In this document: positions 8,844 to 18,526 of the stretch, in pieces
Layout: each line of letters opens with the position of its first letter
Position numbering within the stretch: the first letter of the stretch is position 1
Source of the DNA: Bacteriovoracaceae bacterium
Lineage (GTDB): Bacteria; Bdellovibrionota; Bacteriovoracia; Bacteriovoracales; Bacteriovoracaceae
Length of the DNA stretch: 34,236 nucleotides
NCBI GenBank assembly: GCA_049599895.1
Contig: JBMYPC010000015.1
Span: 1-34,236, forward strand
Direction: 5' to 3'
Notes under the pieces: model-generated
What the model saw: only the letters and a program-made list of their open reading frames with translations
The model's database searches: none
Told to the model about the DNA's origin: nothing
Made by a program: the position numbers and the translations under genes

Positions 8844-10523
8844 ATGTTTAAGACAAAAAAATTATCATTATTTTCAATCGTTCTTATTGTTCTAAGCTTT
8901 GGAACAAGTCTTTATTTCTTTAATATAAGCCTTGGTCACGATTGGGATTATTTTGATAGTCTCGCTCTTGTAAAGAGATCGTCTCTTTTAAACTTTGGAG
9001 AGTTTCCTCTTTTCGATCCCTTTATTTGCGGTGGGCAATCAATTCTTGCTAACCCTCAAAGTTGGTTGTTCTCACCCTTTATCTTACTTACTTTTTTATT
9101 TCCTCCTATTTTTTCAAATCTTATTTCGTGGATCATTTGTGCTGTTATCGGCTTCTTGGGGGCAAAGAGATTTTTTGGAAAATTTCTAAAAACCGATGCC
9201 ACAATCATTCTGTGCTCATTTTTATTTGTGAATTCAAGTTGGATTGGCCTTCATCTCTATGCGGGACATGTTCCTTATCGAACTTTTTGTTTTCTTCCTT
9301 TTCTTCTTTCCTTTATTCTCGATCGTCCCTCAAAAAAGAGTTACATCTCGATCTTTGCTCTTCTTTCTCTTTTTATTCTTGATGGGGGAATGTATGCATT
9401 TGTTTTTGCCTTTGTATGGACAATGGCGTCTTTTTTATTCAGACAGATTTCATTTAAAGAACATATGCTGTTTATAAAAAAGAATCTTCTCTTCATTGCA
9501 GCGGTAATGGGATCTTCTGTTTTGATTGCTTCGGCGAAGCTCTTCCCTTCGATTCTAGAACATCATGCAAGAGAACCGATTCTCGATTCGATTATTATTC
9601 GTTTGCCAGATCTTTTAAAATCATTTTTCTCTCCCTTTCAACGGACCATGGATCCGATTCTAAAGCATGTGGTGAACTTTCATGAGATTGGTTGTTATTT
9701 GGGAGTGATTGGATTCTCATTTTTTCTCTACGGTCTTTTTAGGGCAAAAATTCCAAGTAAAAAGAATATGCTTTGGGTTGGGGGACTGTTTCTTGTTATA
9801 GGGACAGGAATTTTTAAAGAGGGAAATCCCTATTCATTATTAGAGTTTATCCCTATCGTAAACAATGCCCACGTTCAAACCAGATATCTCATTATTTTTT
9901 ATCTCTATTTTCTTATTTTCTTAGGCCTTGGTCTCGAGAAGTTTAAATGGGCCGACAATAAAAAGTTTCTTTTCATTCTTGTCTTAATGTTTGAATCTTT
10001 CTTTGTCAGAATTTACACCTCATATTCAACATATAAAAAACGTCCTCTTGAAAATCCTTACTCTGTCTCGATTACACGAACAACTTACAAAGAGATGGCC
10101 CAAAAAGTGAAAAAGCCTGAGATTTATTTCACTGATGGAATCAACAGCCTGAAGTGCTACGAACCAGCAATGAGAGAACATAAAATATACTCATCTTTTG
10201 ACAAGGAGTATTACGGAGTTCTTGAAAATGAGAATTTAGATATTAATCATTTTTCATTTTCAGAGATCAATATAGAAAATAAAACCAAGATGAAGCAGTC
10301 TTCTCGCTTTAATATGGGCTATTCTGAGCACTTCATCAGTTCAGGTGAGGGGGCCATATCCCAAAATGACAACGGTGAATTTATAGTTGAAGTGGCCCCG
10401 TCTACTACTCTAAGCGTTAAATACAGACCTGGGTTTTTTAATCTTCTGATTTTCTGTTATATTCTTGGAATTCTTGGATTAAGCATCCTGTATTTTAAGT
10501 TTAGGAACACTGAAAATGAGTGA
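8844..10523 (+). CDS. Polytopic membrane protein, YfhO-like putative GT-C glycosyltransferase
   Basis: DWDYF, PLFDPFICGGQSILANPQ, AGHVPY, EIGCYLG, TRYL motifs; periplasmic C-domain and final TM. Confidence 0.72.
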   Translation: MFKTKKLSLFSIVLIVLSFGTSLYFFNISLGHDWDYFDSLALVKRSSLLNFGEFPLFDPFICGGQSILANPQSWLFSPFILLTFLFPPIFSNLISWIICAVIGFLGAKRFFGKFLKTDATIILCSFLFVNSSWIGLHLYAGHVPYRTFCFLPFLLSFILDRPSKKSYISIFALLSLFILDGGMYAFVFAFVWTMASFLFRQISFKEHMLFIKKNLLFIAAVMGSSVLIASAKLFPSILEHHAREPILDSIIIRLPDLLKSFFSPFQRTMDPILKHVVNFHEIGCYLGVIGFSFFLYGLFRAKIPSKKNMLWVGGLFLVIGTGIFKEGNPYSLLEFIPIVNNAHVQTRYLIIFYLYFLIFLGLGLEKFKWADNKKFLFILVLMFESFFVRIYTSYSTYKKRPLENPYSVSITRTTYKEMAQKVKKPEIYFTDGINSLKCYEPAMREHKIYSSFDKEYYGVLENENLDINHFSFSEINIENKTKMKQSSRFNMGYSEHFISSGEGAISQNDNGEFIVEVAPSTTLSVKYRPGFFNLLIFCYILGILGLSILYFKFRNTENE

Positions 10524-11280
10524 CTTTGATTACGATTCTATCCCTGTTGGCTATTACGATGACATTCTCGAGAATGGCTCTCCGATAAGAAAGTTTTGGC
10601 ATTGGCTTAAGTTTAATTCTGTTGAAAAAGTTGTTGAGGCCAGGCAAAAAGAAGCTCCTGGAACTTTATTGGATATTGGCTGCTTTGCTGGCTCGTTTCT
10701 TAAAACTCTCAACCTTGATCATTTTGAAAAGCTCCATGGTGTCGATATTCTTCAGAATCAAATTGATTACGCTAGTGAAACCCATGGCCATGAAAAGCGA
10801 ACTTTTCAATGCATCCCAGATTTTAAACAAGTTCTTGATAAGCCTATTTCAGATAGGCCCTTTGACTTCATTACAGTTATTGAAGTGATTGAGCATCTTC
10901 ATCTTCAAGAAATTCGCGATCTCATTCAATTTGTAGATGTGAATCTCAAGCCGGGTGGTCAGTTGATTATGACCACGCCAAATTACTTAAGTATCTGGCC
11001 TTTACTCGAGTATTATCTGAATCATTTTGCCGATATCACCTATGAAGAGCAGCATATTACAAAGTTTACCTATTTTAACTTTGATAAAAAGCTTGGAAAT
11101 ATCTCTCCACTTTTTAAAGAGAAGTATGATCTTGAGTTTAAGACTTCAACTCATACGTTAACTCCATTTCTAGCCCCACTAAGCTATGACTTTTCTCAAA
11201 GGCTTTCAGGTGTGATCACACCAAGAAAATGGTCTTTTCCTTTTGGGCCATTAGTTCTTGCGGTTTTTAAGAAAAAATAA
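10516..11280 (+). CDS. Class I SAM-dependent methyltransferase
   Basis: LLDIGCFAG motif I, FDFITVIEVIEHL, LKPGGQLIMTTPN. Confidence 0.88.
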   Translation: MSDFDYDSIPVGYYDDILENGSPIRKFWHWLKFNSVEKVVEARQKEAPGTLLDIGCFAGSFLKTLNLDHFEKLHGVDILQNQIDYASETHGHEKRTFQCIPDFKQVLDKPISDRPFDFITVIEVIEHLHLQEIRDLIQFVDVNLKPGGQLIMTTPNYLSIWPLLEYYLNHFADITYEEQHITKFTYFNFDKKLGNISPLFKEKYDLEFKTSTHTLTPFLAPLSYDFSQRLSGVITPRKWSFPFGPLVLAVFKKK

Positions 11281-12642
11281 TTAATCACAGCGAACAAGAA
11301 CAAGATCTTGGCTTTCTTTAACTTTTAGACAGTCTTTTGGAATCGGATTCTCTTTATAGAAAAGACCGTACCCAGATCTGACAGAGCCTTGTTTTTCACC
11401 AAAGCATGTTCCAAGTATGGGATAAGATTCATCTGGGGAGCGAAAGGGATATTCTCGATTCCAAGGAAATTCAGGAGTTGAATTTTTTAGATCCTTACAT
11501 TGAGCAGCGATTCGCCACTCTCTTTTTTTATGAGATTTAAATAAAGGTTTGATCCCATAGAAACTCTCAATCAAATTGAATACAAGAAGGGCTGCGAGAC
11601 TTACTTTAAGAAACTTATCGGGAAGGCTATTCAAGACCTGGCCAAAGAGAAGGCACGCGAGAGGAGCGACTCCTAGATAATAATAGGTATGCCAGAAAGC
11701 ATGGTTTCCTGTAACAAGATTAACGAAGATTATTTGAATCAAAAGACAAAGAATAAGGGGGATGTAATTTTTAAATCTTGATCTTCCAATTGTAAAAAAA
11801 TAAAGAAGAGGAATAATCCAAAGAAAAGGAAGAAAAAGCCTTTTGTGAAAGATGTGAAAGAACTGAATAAAGTCTGAAAAGATTTGGCTTATTGCAAGTG
11901 TTAGGCTCTTTGGTTTAGTTGAAAACATTGAGGAAATATCTGAATGAGAGTTAATAAAATCCACTCCCCAGATAAAATAGACTCCCGCTAGGGCCACAGA
12001 TACTGCCCCCAAAAAGAGCTCTTTTTTGTATTTCAAGGAAAGCATAGGGAGAAACAGAATAAAAAGATTGAGATTGGTGGGCTTAAGCATACCTCCAATG
12101 GCAATTAAGGCAATTGCGACAATAAGCTTTCTTTGCGCTCTAATTAATCCGACTCCTACAAAGATGGAGATCATGCTGAAATAATCAGGCATGAATTTCC
12201 CAAAGTAGGGATGGGAGAAACTTAAAAGAATAAGAAGAAGAGGCGAGACTCCAAATTCAAATCCAAAGAACTTTTGTTTTTTGTAAATCTGGTAGGCCCA
12301 CCAAGTCAGTGAAAGGTTAAGGGTTATCAGGATAAGACTTGCTAGGCTTTTTCCCCAGATAGGACCTAGGAAAAATACTGGAGCAAGGACGAGGTTGAGG
12401 ATGGGAAATTCCATCGCGTTAATCCCGTAAGCATTCCCCGATTGGAGAATCGCGGGGAGTAATGACTTAAAGCCTTGAAATCCTTCATTTGACCAACGGT
12501 TAAAATAGCGAAGAGTTACCCCAAGAGTATCGTACTGGCGCCACACATGAGGTCCCGTAAGAGCGACAAAGGCTCCTGTAAGCCAGAAGAAGACTCGTAG
12601 ACCGAAGAGATATTTAACGCTTCTCTCTAAACTTTTAATCAT
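11281..12642 (-). CDS. ArnT/GT39-like GT-C membrane glycosyltransferase
   Basis: HVWRQYDT, MEFPI, FMPD, LKP, HTYY motifs; many TMs. Confidence 0.72.
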   Translation of the reverse strand: MIKSLERSVKYLFGLRVFFWLTGAFVALTGPHVWRQYDTLGVTLRYFNRWSNEGFQGFKSLLPAILQSGNAYGINAMEFPILNLVLAPVFFLGPIWGKSLASLILITLNLSLTWWAYQIYKKQKFFGFEFGVSPLLLILLSFSHPYFGKFMPDYFSMISIFVGVGLIRAQRKLIVAIALIAIGGMLKPTNLNLFILFLPMLSLKYKKELFLGAVSVALAGVYFIWGVDFINSHSDISSMFSTKPKSLTLAISQIFSDFIQFFHIFHKRLFLPFLWIIPLLYFFTIGRSRFKNYIPLILCLLIQIIFVNLVTGNHAFWHTYYYLGVAPLACLLFGQVLNSLPDKFLKVSLAALLVFNLIESFYGIKPLFKSHKKREWRIAAQCKDLKNSTPEFPWNREYPFRSPDESYPILGTCFGEKQGSVRSGYGLFYKENPIPKDCLKVKESQDLVLVRCD

Positions 12643-12646
12643 TGTT

Positions 12647-15600
12647 TTATTCTAACAACTGTTCAAAGTCTTTCATGGTCAGTTTCCCTGTGAAATAACT
12701 TTGGTCTTCTGTATCTGGTAAAAGATCAAGAAAGAGTTCTCGTTTGATTCTTTGAAGCTCAAGAACTTTTTCTTCAACTGAACCTTGAATAATTGGTCGA
12801 TAAACCGTGAGGGTATTCTTTTGACCGATTCTATGGGCCCGATCAATTGCCTGAGATTCAACAGCAGGGTTCCACCAAGGGTCCATAAGAAAGACATAGC
12901 TTGCGGCAGTTAAGTTAAGACCAACACCGCCGGCTTTTAATGAGATGAGGAAAACCTCGGCTTCACCATCTTGAAAATAATCCACTTGCTCTTGTCTCTT
13001 CTTGATGGACTGACTTCCATCGATTCTGGCAATTTTATAATGAAGCTCATGAAGAGAACGTTGAATATGATCCAAATAAGTTGTGAACTGAGAAAAGACA
13101 ATGGCCTTGTGACCTTCTTCTTTTATTTGATTGAGGTTCTCGATAAGAAAATCAATCTTGGTTGACTGAATAGGCTGTCTTGTCACTTGATGAATCGCTT
13201 GTGATTTTTGCCAAAGACAGTTCTTTCTTAACTCCAGAATCCCTTTAAGGATCTCTCCATATTTCTTATTCGAAGGAGAGAGGATAATCTTACTTTTAAT
13301 GCCCTTAAGAAGATCTTGGTAGTTTTTCTGTTCGTCATTATTAAATGAAAGAAAAACATTATTTTCAGACTTTGGCGGAAGTTCGGTAAGAACTTGAGAT
13401 TTTGTTCTTCTTAAAATAAAAGGCCTTGCGGTTTTCCTTGCGAGCAAACGTGACTTTTTATTAGAGACCGTTCTTACAAACTCAAGATTTCCCCAAACAC
13501 CAGGGACACAGAGATCGAGAATGTTATAAAATTCAGAAAGATCGTTTTCAACAGGTGTACCAGTGAGACAAATTCTAAAGTCAGCATTAATTGATCTCGC
13601 GGCATAAGCGCCAAGAGAGCGGATGTTTTTTAAGTGCTGAACTTCATCAAGAATCAAGACATCAAAATGATAATCTTTAAAGGTCGTATCGTGTTCTTTT
13701 TTCATCACCCCGTAACTCGTCAAGATGACTTTTTTCTCGGGATCAATTTTTCTTGCGCCACCGTGATAAATTGAAATATCGACATTTGAAAACTTTTGGA
13801 ATTCTTTTTCCCAGTTTAGAAGAATAGAAACGGGGCAAACGATGAGAACCTTCTCAAATTGGTCATAGTTTTTTTCAATAAAGGCAATTGCTTGAAGTGT
13901 CTTACCAAGACCCATATCATCGGCAAGACATGCTCCAAGGCGATATTCGTAGAGAAAGTTGAGCCATTGATAGCCTGTTTGTTGATAGGGACGAAGAACA
14001 TCTTTAAGTTTGTCCGGAAGTGGAAACTCTGGCATTTTCTCAAGACTGGCAAACTTATGACAAAGCTCTTCTTCCTCTTCTGTTAAGGCCCCTTCAATTC
14101 CAAGCTTTTTAAGTTCGAAAAGTTCAAAAATTCGTGCTCGTTGAAAGGGAAGAGAAAAACGCTTAAATTCTTCTTTTTCTTCTTCCGGTGCCTCGTCTTG
14201 ATTTTCTTCTTTTCCTTCAAACTTTGTATACTTCTTCATGAAGCGAATGAGATCTTTTTGCTCTTGAGAAAGAAGAATGAGCCCATTTTTGGTAAGAACA
14301 GTCCCTTGTTCAAGGTCAGCGCTGGTAATAACTTCAAGATCTTCTTTTGAGATTTTAAGGTCGAGGTCAAACCATTTTGTTGTCCCAGTCTTTCTCTCAA
14401 AGCGAATTCTTGAGTTCCACTTTCGAACTTCAATTTTATCGTAATAAAGAGAGAGTCCTAGGTGGTTAAGGGTTTGATAGAACCCCGAGATACCATTTAA
14501 AAAAGTATTCGTGGGGATTACGTATTCAAGTTCTTGGCGATCATCGTAATATTCAGAAAAACGAAAACTCGTTTCAGAGAAAGACTCGACGAATCTGCAA
14601 ATAAAACTTTTTATGAATTGATAGTCGATAATATGAATTTGCTTTCTTCTCTCATCATAAAGCTTTTGATCATTTTTTGAAAAGACATCTTCAAAGAATA
14701 ACCCAAGTCTCTCTTTGTTCGTTATCTGATGAAGATGACGTTTCGAAATCTCTGTTTCTTCCATAAGATCAATTGAAAGATCTTTCATAAAGTCGTAAGC
14801 GTCTTTTTTTCTTCTAAAGCTTCCAAAGAAGCCATTAGTAAAAGTGAGCTCTTTTAAAACCTTTGGTGGTTTTCGAACCACTTCGTTTGCGTCATGAAAG
14901 TTTAAGGTGATAGTGAGAAAGCCTTTCTTTTCCGAAGGCTTTACTGACAATCGGCTATTAACCTGTGCAATAGGAACTTCAGATAAGAGAACCCCGTCAA
15001 TTCTAAGAATAAGAGTTTCCTCGAGCTTTTCTTGAGTACAAAAGTTTACGAGCTCATCAGGGGAGTGAAACCTCTTTGAAAAACGAAGTTTTTGAATAAT
15101 GTCTTTAAGCTCTCGAGGAATATTATAGGCTGTCCCATCTGACCAGTTAAAGATATAGAGATTCTCAAAAAGTGAGACTTCTCGAACTTCTTTTCCGTCT
15201 TCTCCAATATAAGAAAAGCGAATCATTGGAACTTTTAGGTAATTAATCTCACCATCTTCACCTTCTAAGCTGGTGATGATGTTTAAGGAAAGTTTTCCTC
15301 GAAAAGGAACAGGACTTGGGAAATGAATAACTTTACGGTTTGTGAGTAAGTAACTCAGAGTCGAATAGGTGTTTCCCGAGTTCGCTCCTTCAAGGCTTCC
15401 GGGTCCTGCGAGGATTGTCCCAAACTCTTCAACGTAAACAGCATGGTCATTTGAAAAAGCATAGTTCGAAGTAGGAAAGAGATTGTTATCGTTAGTAGAA
15501 TGCTTTTGATTTCCAATGAGATAATAAAGAAACAGAGTTGCTGTATGAGAACATCTTCCAAATTCTTTATGGGCACTACAATTACAAGTTGTTTTTAAAG

Positions 15601-15820
15601 GCCCAGCTTCAGAGTCTTTTTCTTTTGCCTTGTAAGTGAATTTACACTCATGAGTGTTGCCGTCTCTTACGATCCCCGAACAGATCAGATAAGAGTCCAT
15701 ATCACCTTTAACAAATGAAGTAGTGACTCTTTTTGTGGAGACTAACCTGAGTGCTGTTTGCACAAATCTTTGGTCAAAGTAGCTCTTTGCTATATTGATG
15801 AGATTTTCAGAGATTTCCAT
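12647..15820 (-). CDS. SWIM zinc-finger SNF2-family (RapA/HepA-like) helicase
   Basis: CNC-x8-CSH SWIM motif, LADDMGLGKT, DEVQ, LTGTPVEN, SLKAGGVGLNL, QAIDRAHRIGQ. Confidence 0.93.
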   Translation of the reverse strand: MEISENLINIAKSYFDQRFVQTALRLVSTKRVTTSFVKGDMDSYLICSGIVRDGNTHECKFTYKAKEKDSEAGPLKTTCNCSAHKEFGRCSHTATLFLYYLIGNQKHSTNDNNLFPTSNYAFSNDHAVYVEEFGTILAGPGSLEGANSGNTYSTLSYLLTNRKVIHFPSPVPFRGKLSLNIITSLEGEDGEINYLKVPMIRFSYIGEDGKEVREVSLFENLYIFNWSDGTAYNIPRELKDIIQKLRFSKRFHSPDELVNFCTQEKLEETLILRIDGVLLSEVPIAQVNSRLSVKPSEKKGFLTITLNFHDANEVVRKPPKVLKELTFTNGFFGSFRRKKDAYDFMKDLSIDLMEETEISKRHLHQITNKERLGLFFEDVFSKNDQKLYDERRKQIHIIDYQFIKSFICRFVESFSETSFRFSEYYDDRQELEYVIPTNTFLNGISGFYQTLNHLGLSLYYDKIEVRKWNSRIRFERKTGTTKWFDLDLKISKEDLEVITSADLEQGTVLTKNGLILLSQEQKDLIRFMKKYTKFEGKEENQDEAPEEEKEEFKRFSLPFQRARIFELFELKKLGIEGALTEEEEELCHKFASLEKMPEFPLPDKLKDVLRPYQQTGYQWLNFLYEYRLGACLADDMGLGKTLQAIAFIEKNYDQFEKVLIVCPVSILLNWEKEFQKFSNVDISIYHGGARKIDPEKKVILTSYGVMKKEHDTTFKDYHFDVLILDEVQHLKNIRSLGAYAARSINADFRICLTGTPVENDLSEFYNILDLCVPGVWGNLEFVRTVSNKKSRLLARKTARPFILRRTKSQVLTELPPKSENNVFLSFNNDEQKNYQDLLKGIKSKIILSPSNKKYGEILKGILELRKNCLWQKSQAIHQVTRQPIQSTKIDFLIENLNQIKEEGHKAIVFSQFTTYLDHIQRSLHELHYKIARIDGSQSIKKRQEQVDYFQDGEAEVFLISLKAGGVGLNLTAASYVFLMDPWWNPAVESQAIDRAHRIGQKNTLTVYRPIIQGSVEEKVLELQRIKRELFLDLLPDTEDQSYFTGKLTMKDFEQLLE

Positions 15821-16040
15821 GATTTAGCTTTGACCTTGTACCTGTGTTCAAAGTTTCTATTATACACGGACCTGTCTGTTTTCGCAGTTAAATTGAGATT
15901 TGGAATACTGTAGGGGATAAGTTTTATTCTTTCTAGATGAGGAAGAATGGGCTGCAATCTTGATTATTCTTGTTGGGTTTTATTTTGATTGCGCGTTTGT
16001 GCTAAAATTCGAAGGATAAAATCAGTGTCTAGAGAGAAAA

Positions 16041-16358
16041 ATGAAAATTATCTATCCCAAATCAAATTCTGAAAAACACATCGGTGTAACCGCTCCTTCA
16101 AGTGGTCTTGGAAATGATGTTTTTAATAGTCGGTTTAATTTAGTGCGCGATCAGCATAAGGAGAATGGTTTTGAGGTCACTGAAGGAGAGTGTCTTAGGG
16201 AGGACAACTTGTCTGTGAATGCTGATAGTAAGGCAAGAGCTGAAGACTTTCTTCGCATGTGGGAAAACCCAAAGATAAGTTTAATTCAGCCTCCGTGGGG
16301 AGGAGAGTTTTTAATTGATATTCTTGAGCATATTAATTTTGAAGAGCTTAAAGATTAA
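16041..16358 (+). pseudogene. Truncated S66 LD-carboxypeptidase/MccF-like peptidase (N-terminal third only)
   Basis: IGVTAPSSG, ARAEDF and PPWGGEF motifs, but it stops at 105 aa, just before the expected catalytic G(Y/F)SD serine. Confidence 0.75.
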
Positions 16359-16626
16359 TAATCAAATTGTTTCGGCGGCATGGGTAAAGTTTGACCAAGA
16401 TACGATTGAGCTTACCGAGATTGCCACAAGGCCTGAGTGCAAAAAACAGGGATATGCAAAGCGTCTTTTAGAAAGCATTGAGAAGTGGGGATTTCGACAA
16501 GGTTATAAGAAAATGTCTTTAAAGGTTAAAGAGGAAAATTTGCCGGCTATTAATCTTTATAAGTCATTAAGATACGGCAACAATGTGAACCTTAAGCAGT
16601 ATTGGGTTTACAAAAATAGGGCCTAA
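16315..16626 (+). pseudogene. GNAT acetyltransferase, C-terminal fragment
   Basis: IATRPECKKQGYAKRLL acetyl-CoA motif A and ENLPAINLYKSL motif B. There is no credible start or RBS, and the apparent N-terminus overlaps the peptidase fragment. Confidence 0.6.
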
Positions 16627-16681
16627 TTTCTACGTTATTTAATTCGACTTGATATAAGGTATTGAAAATATGTTAAAACCC

Positions 16682-16710
16682 TTGAATTAACTGTCTTTTT
16701 TTGATATTGT
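16682..16710 (+). promoter_or_regulatory. Putative sigma70 promoter, near-leaderless transcript of the ATPase operon
   Basis: TTGAAT-17 bp-TATTGT with extended TG; the ATG is 9 nt downstream and has no SD. Confidence 0.4.
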
Positions 16711-16719
16711 TATTCAAAT

Positions 16720-17877
16720 ATGGACAGTTATTTAAAAAGGTTAATTTACAAAGAACTGGAAGAATCTCTAGAAGACTACCCCGTTGTCGCAATTTTAGGG
16801 CCTAGGCAAGTTGGGAAATCAACTTTAGTAAGAGATTTACTGGAGGTTGAGTCAAAGGTTTATTTAGATCTGGAACTTAGTAGTGAGATCAGAAAACTAT
16901 CTGAGCCAGAAATTTTCTTTGACCGTCATGTTGATTCCTTAATTTGTTTGGATGAAATTCAACTTGCACCTGAAATTTTCAAAACGATTAGAGGGACTGT
17001 CGACAAAAATAAAAAAAATTCTCAGTTTTTAATTTTAGGGAGTGCTTCAAGGGATTTACTTAGACAGAGTAGTGAATCGTTGGCGGGAAGGATTTCTTAT
17101 TTGGAAATTATGCCCTTTAATATTTTAGAAGTTGGTGTTGAAAACTTTGAAAAACTTTGGGTCAGAGGAGGGTTTCCTAAAAGTTTTCTCGCTGCAAATA
17201 ATGAGAAAAGTTCAAAGTGGAGAGAGAACTATATTAGAACATACCTTGAAAGAGATATTCCACAATTGGGCTTTAATATTCCTGCAAAATCAATTGAGAG
17301 ATTGTGGAGAATGTTGGCCCATTCTCATGGGCAAACTTTAAATTCATCAAAAATTGCTAGCTCGCTTGGAGTTAGTTCACATACGGTTAATTCTTATATT
17401 GATATTTTGGAGCAAACGTTTCTCGTTAAATCATTAAGAGCGTTTGAACCTAATATTAAGAAACAATATATTAAATCTCCAAAAGTTTATTTGAGAGATA
17501 CCGGCCTTTTGCATACATTTCTTAATCTTGAGTCATTTGATGATCTCTTAGGGCATCAGGTGTTTGGGTCTTCATTTGAAGGTTTTGTTATAGAGAACTT
17601 AATGCAAATCTTTCCAAGATGGAAGTTCCACTACTATAGAAATAAGAGTGGAGCCGAAATAGATCTAATTATGTCTAAAGGAAACCGGAGACTTGCAATA
17701 GAGATCAAGGCATCTAAGGCACCAAAGTTAGCCAGAGGGTTTTGGACAGCTTGCAATGATATTAATGCTACAGATAAATTTGTCATCTCAATGGTTGATG
17801 ATTCTTATGAGATTCAAAATAATACTTATGTCACAAACTTGGAGTTGTTTTTAAAGGAAAAGGCAAATGAGATGTAG
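16720..17877 (+). CDS. AAA_14 ATPase with DUF4143 domain
   Basis: GPRQVGKS Walker A, LDEIQ Walker B, SESLAGR, RGGFP, KSPKVYLRDTG; C-terminal EIDL..AIEIK (PD-(D/E)xK-like). Confidence 0.9.
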   Translation: MDSYLKRLIYKELEESLEDYPVVAILGPRQVGKSTLVRDLLEVESKVYLDLELSSEIRKLSEPEIFFDRHVDSLICLDEIQLAPEIFKTIRGTVDKNKKNSQFLILGSASRDLLRQSSESLAGRISYLEIMPFNILEVGVENFEKLWVRGGFPKSFLAANNEKSSKWRENYIRTYLERDIPQLGFNIPAKSIERLWRMLAHSHGQTLNSSKIASSLGVSSHTVNSYIDILEQTFLVKSLRAFEPNIKKQYIKSPKVYLRDTGLLHTFLNLESFDDLLGHQVFGSSFEGFVIENLMQIFPRWKFHYYRNKSGAEIDLIMSKGNRRLAIEIKASKAPKLARGFWTACNDINATDKFVISMVDDSYEIQNNTYVTNLELFLKEKANEM

Positions 17878-18526
17878 GCCTGGAAGTCATTTTGTCAAAA
17901 GGCATATCAGAATAAGCAAGAATGGGGTTAAACATATTGTTGAGGCTCATTGTCGTAAAAACTCAAAGTCTAAAAAGAGTTTCCTTTACAGGTCTAATTT
18001 AAACTACATCTACGAAAACTTTAGAAATAAGTATAAATATAAAAACCTGAAAAGAATTAAAGGATTTTCTCAAGATAAAGGTCAGTATGATGAATTAGTC
18101 CAGTTCTGGTTTAAATATTGGAAAGACCAAGGTCTTATCAAAGAAGATATTGATCCTTTGCTAATTAAGGCAATTATCGCAGTTGAGTCTAGCTTCAGAG
18201 AAAAAGTTATTACAAATATTTCAAATAGTACAGCTACAGGCTTAATGCAGATTACGAAGACAACAATGAGAATACTTGCAAAAAAACTTGGAACTGAAAT
18301 AAGAAAATTTAATATCGACATTACTCAAAATGAAGCAAAAGAGGCAAATCCCAACATTGCAGCAGGAGTTCGTTGGCTGATTTACAAAATAACTACATCC
18401 CCTTGGAAAAGAAAGTCTTCAAAAAAAGATAGGATCTTTGGAGGGGTAAAATACTATCATTCATGGGATTCAGATGGAGAGGAATATGCTAGAAAAGTTT
18501 TGGACTTATATAATAAGTCTAAATAG
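17867..18526 (+). CDS. Lytic transglycosylase (SLT/lysozyme-like) domain protein with a Cys/His-rich basic N-terminus
   Basis: IDPLLIKAIIAVESSF (catalytic Glu), ATGLMQI, NIAAGVRWL, terminal YARKV; SD AAGG; no signal peptide. Confidence 0.8.
   Translation: MRCRPGSHFVKRHIRISKNGVKHIVEAHCRKNSKSKKSFLYRSNLNYIYENFRNKYKYKNLKRIKGFSQDKGQYDELVQFWFKYWKDQGLIKEDIDPLLIKAIIAVESSFREKVITNISNSTATGLMQITKTTMRILAKKLGTEIRKFNIDITQNEAKEANPNIAAGVRWLIYKITTSPWKRKSSKKDRIFGGVKYYHSWDSDGEEYARKVLDLYNKSK

Noticed and set aside
16634..16651. Similarity to 19225-19241 (GTT.TTTAATTCG.CTTG) as possible island direct repeats
   Set aside because: Short, AT-rich and gapped; TTTAATTCG also occurs inside dnaG near 21231.
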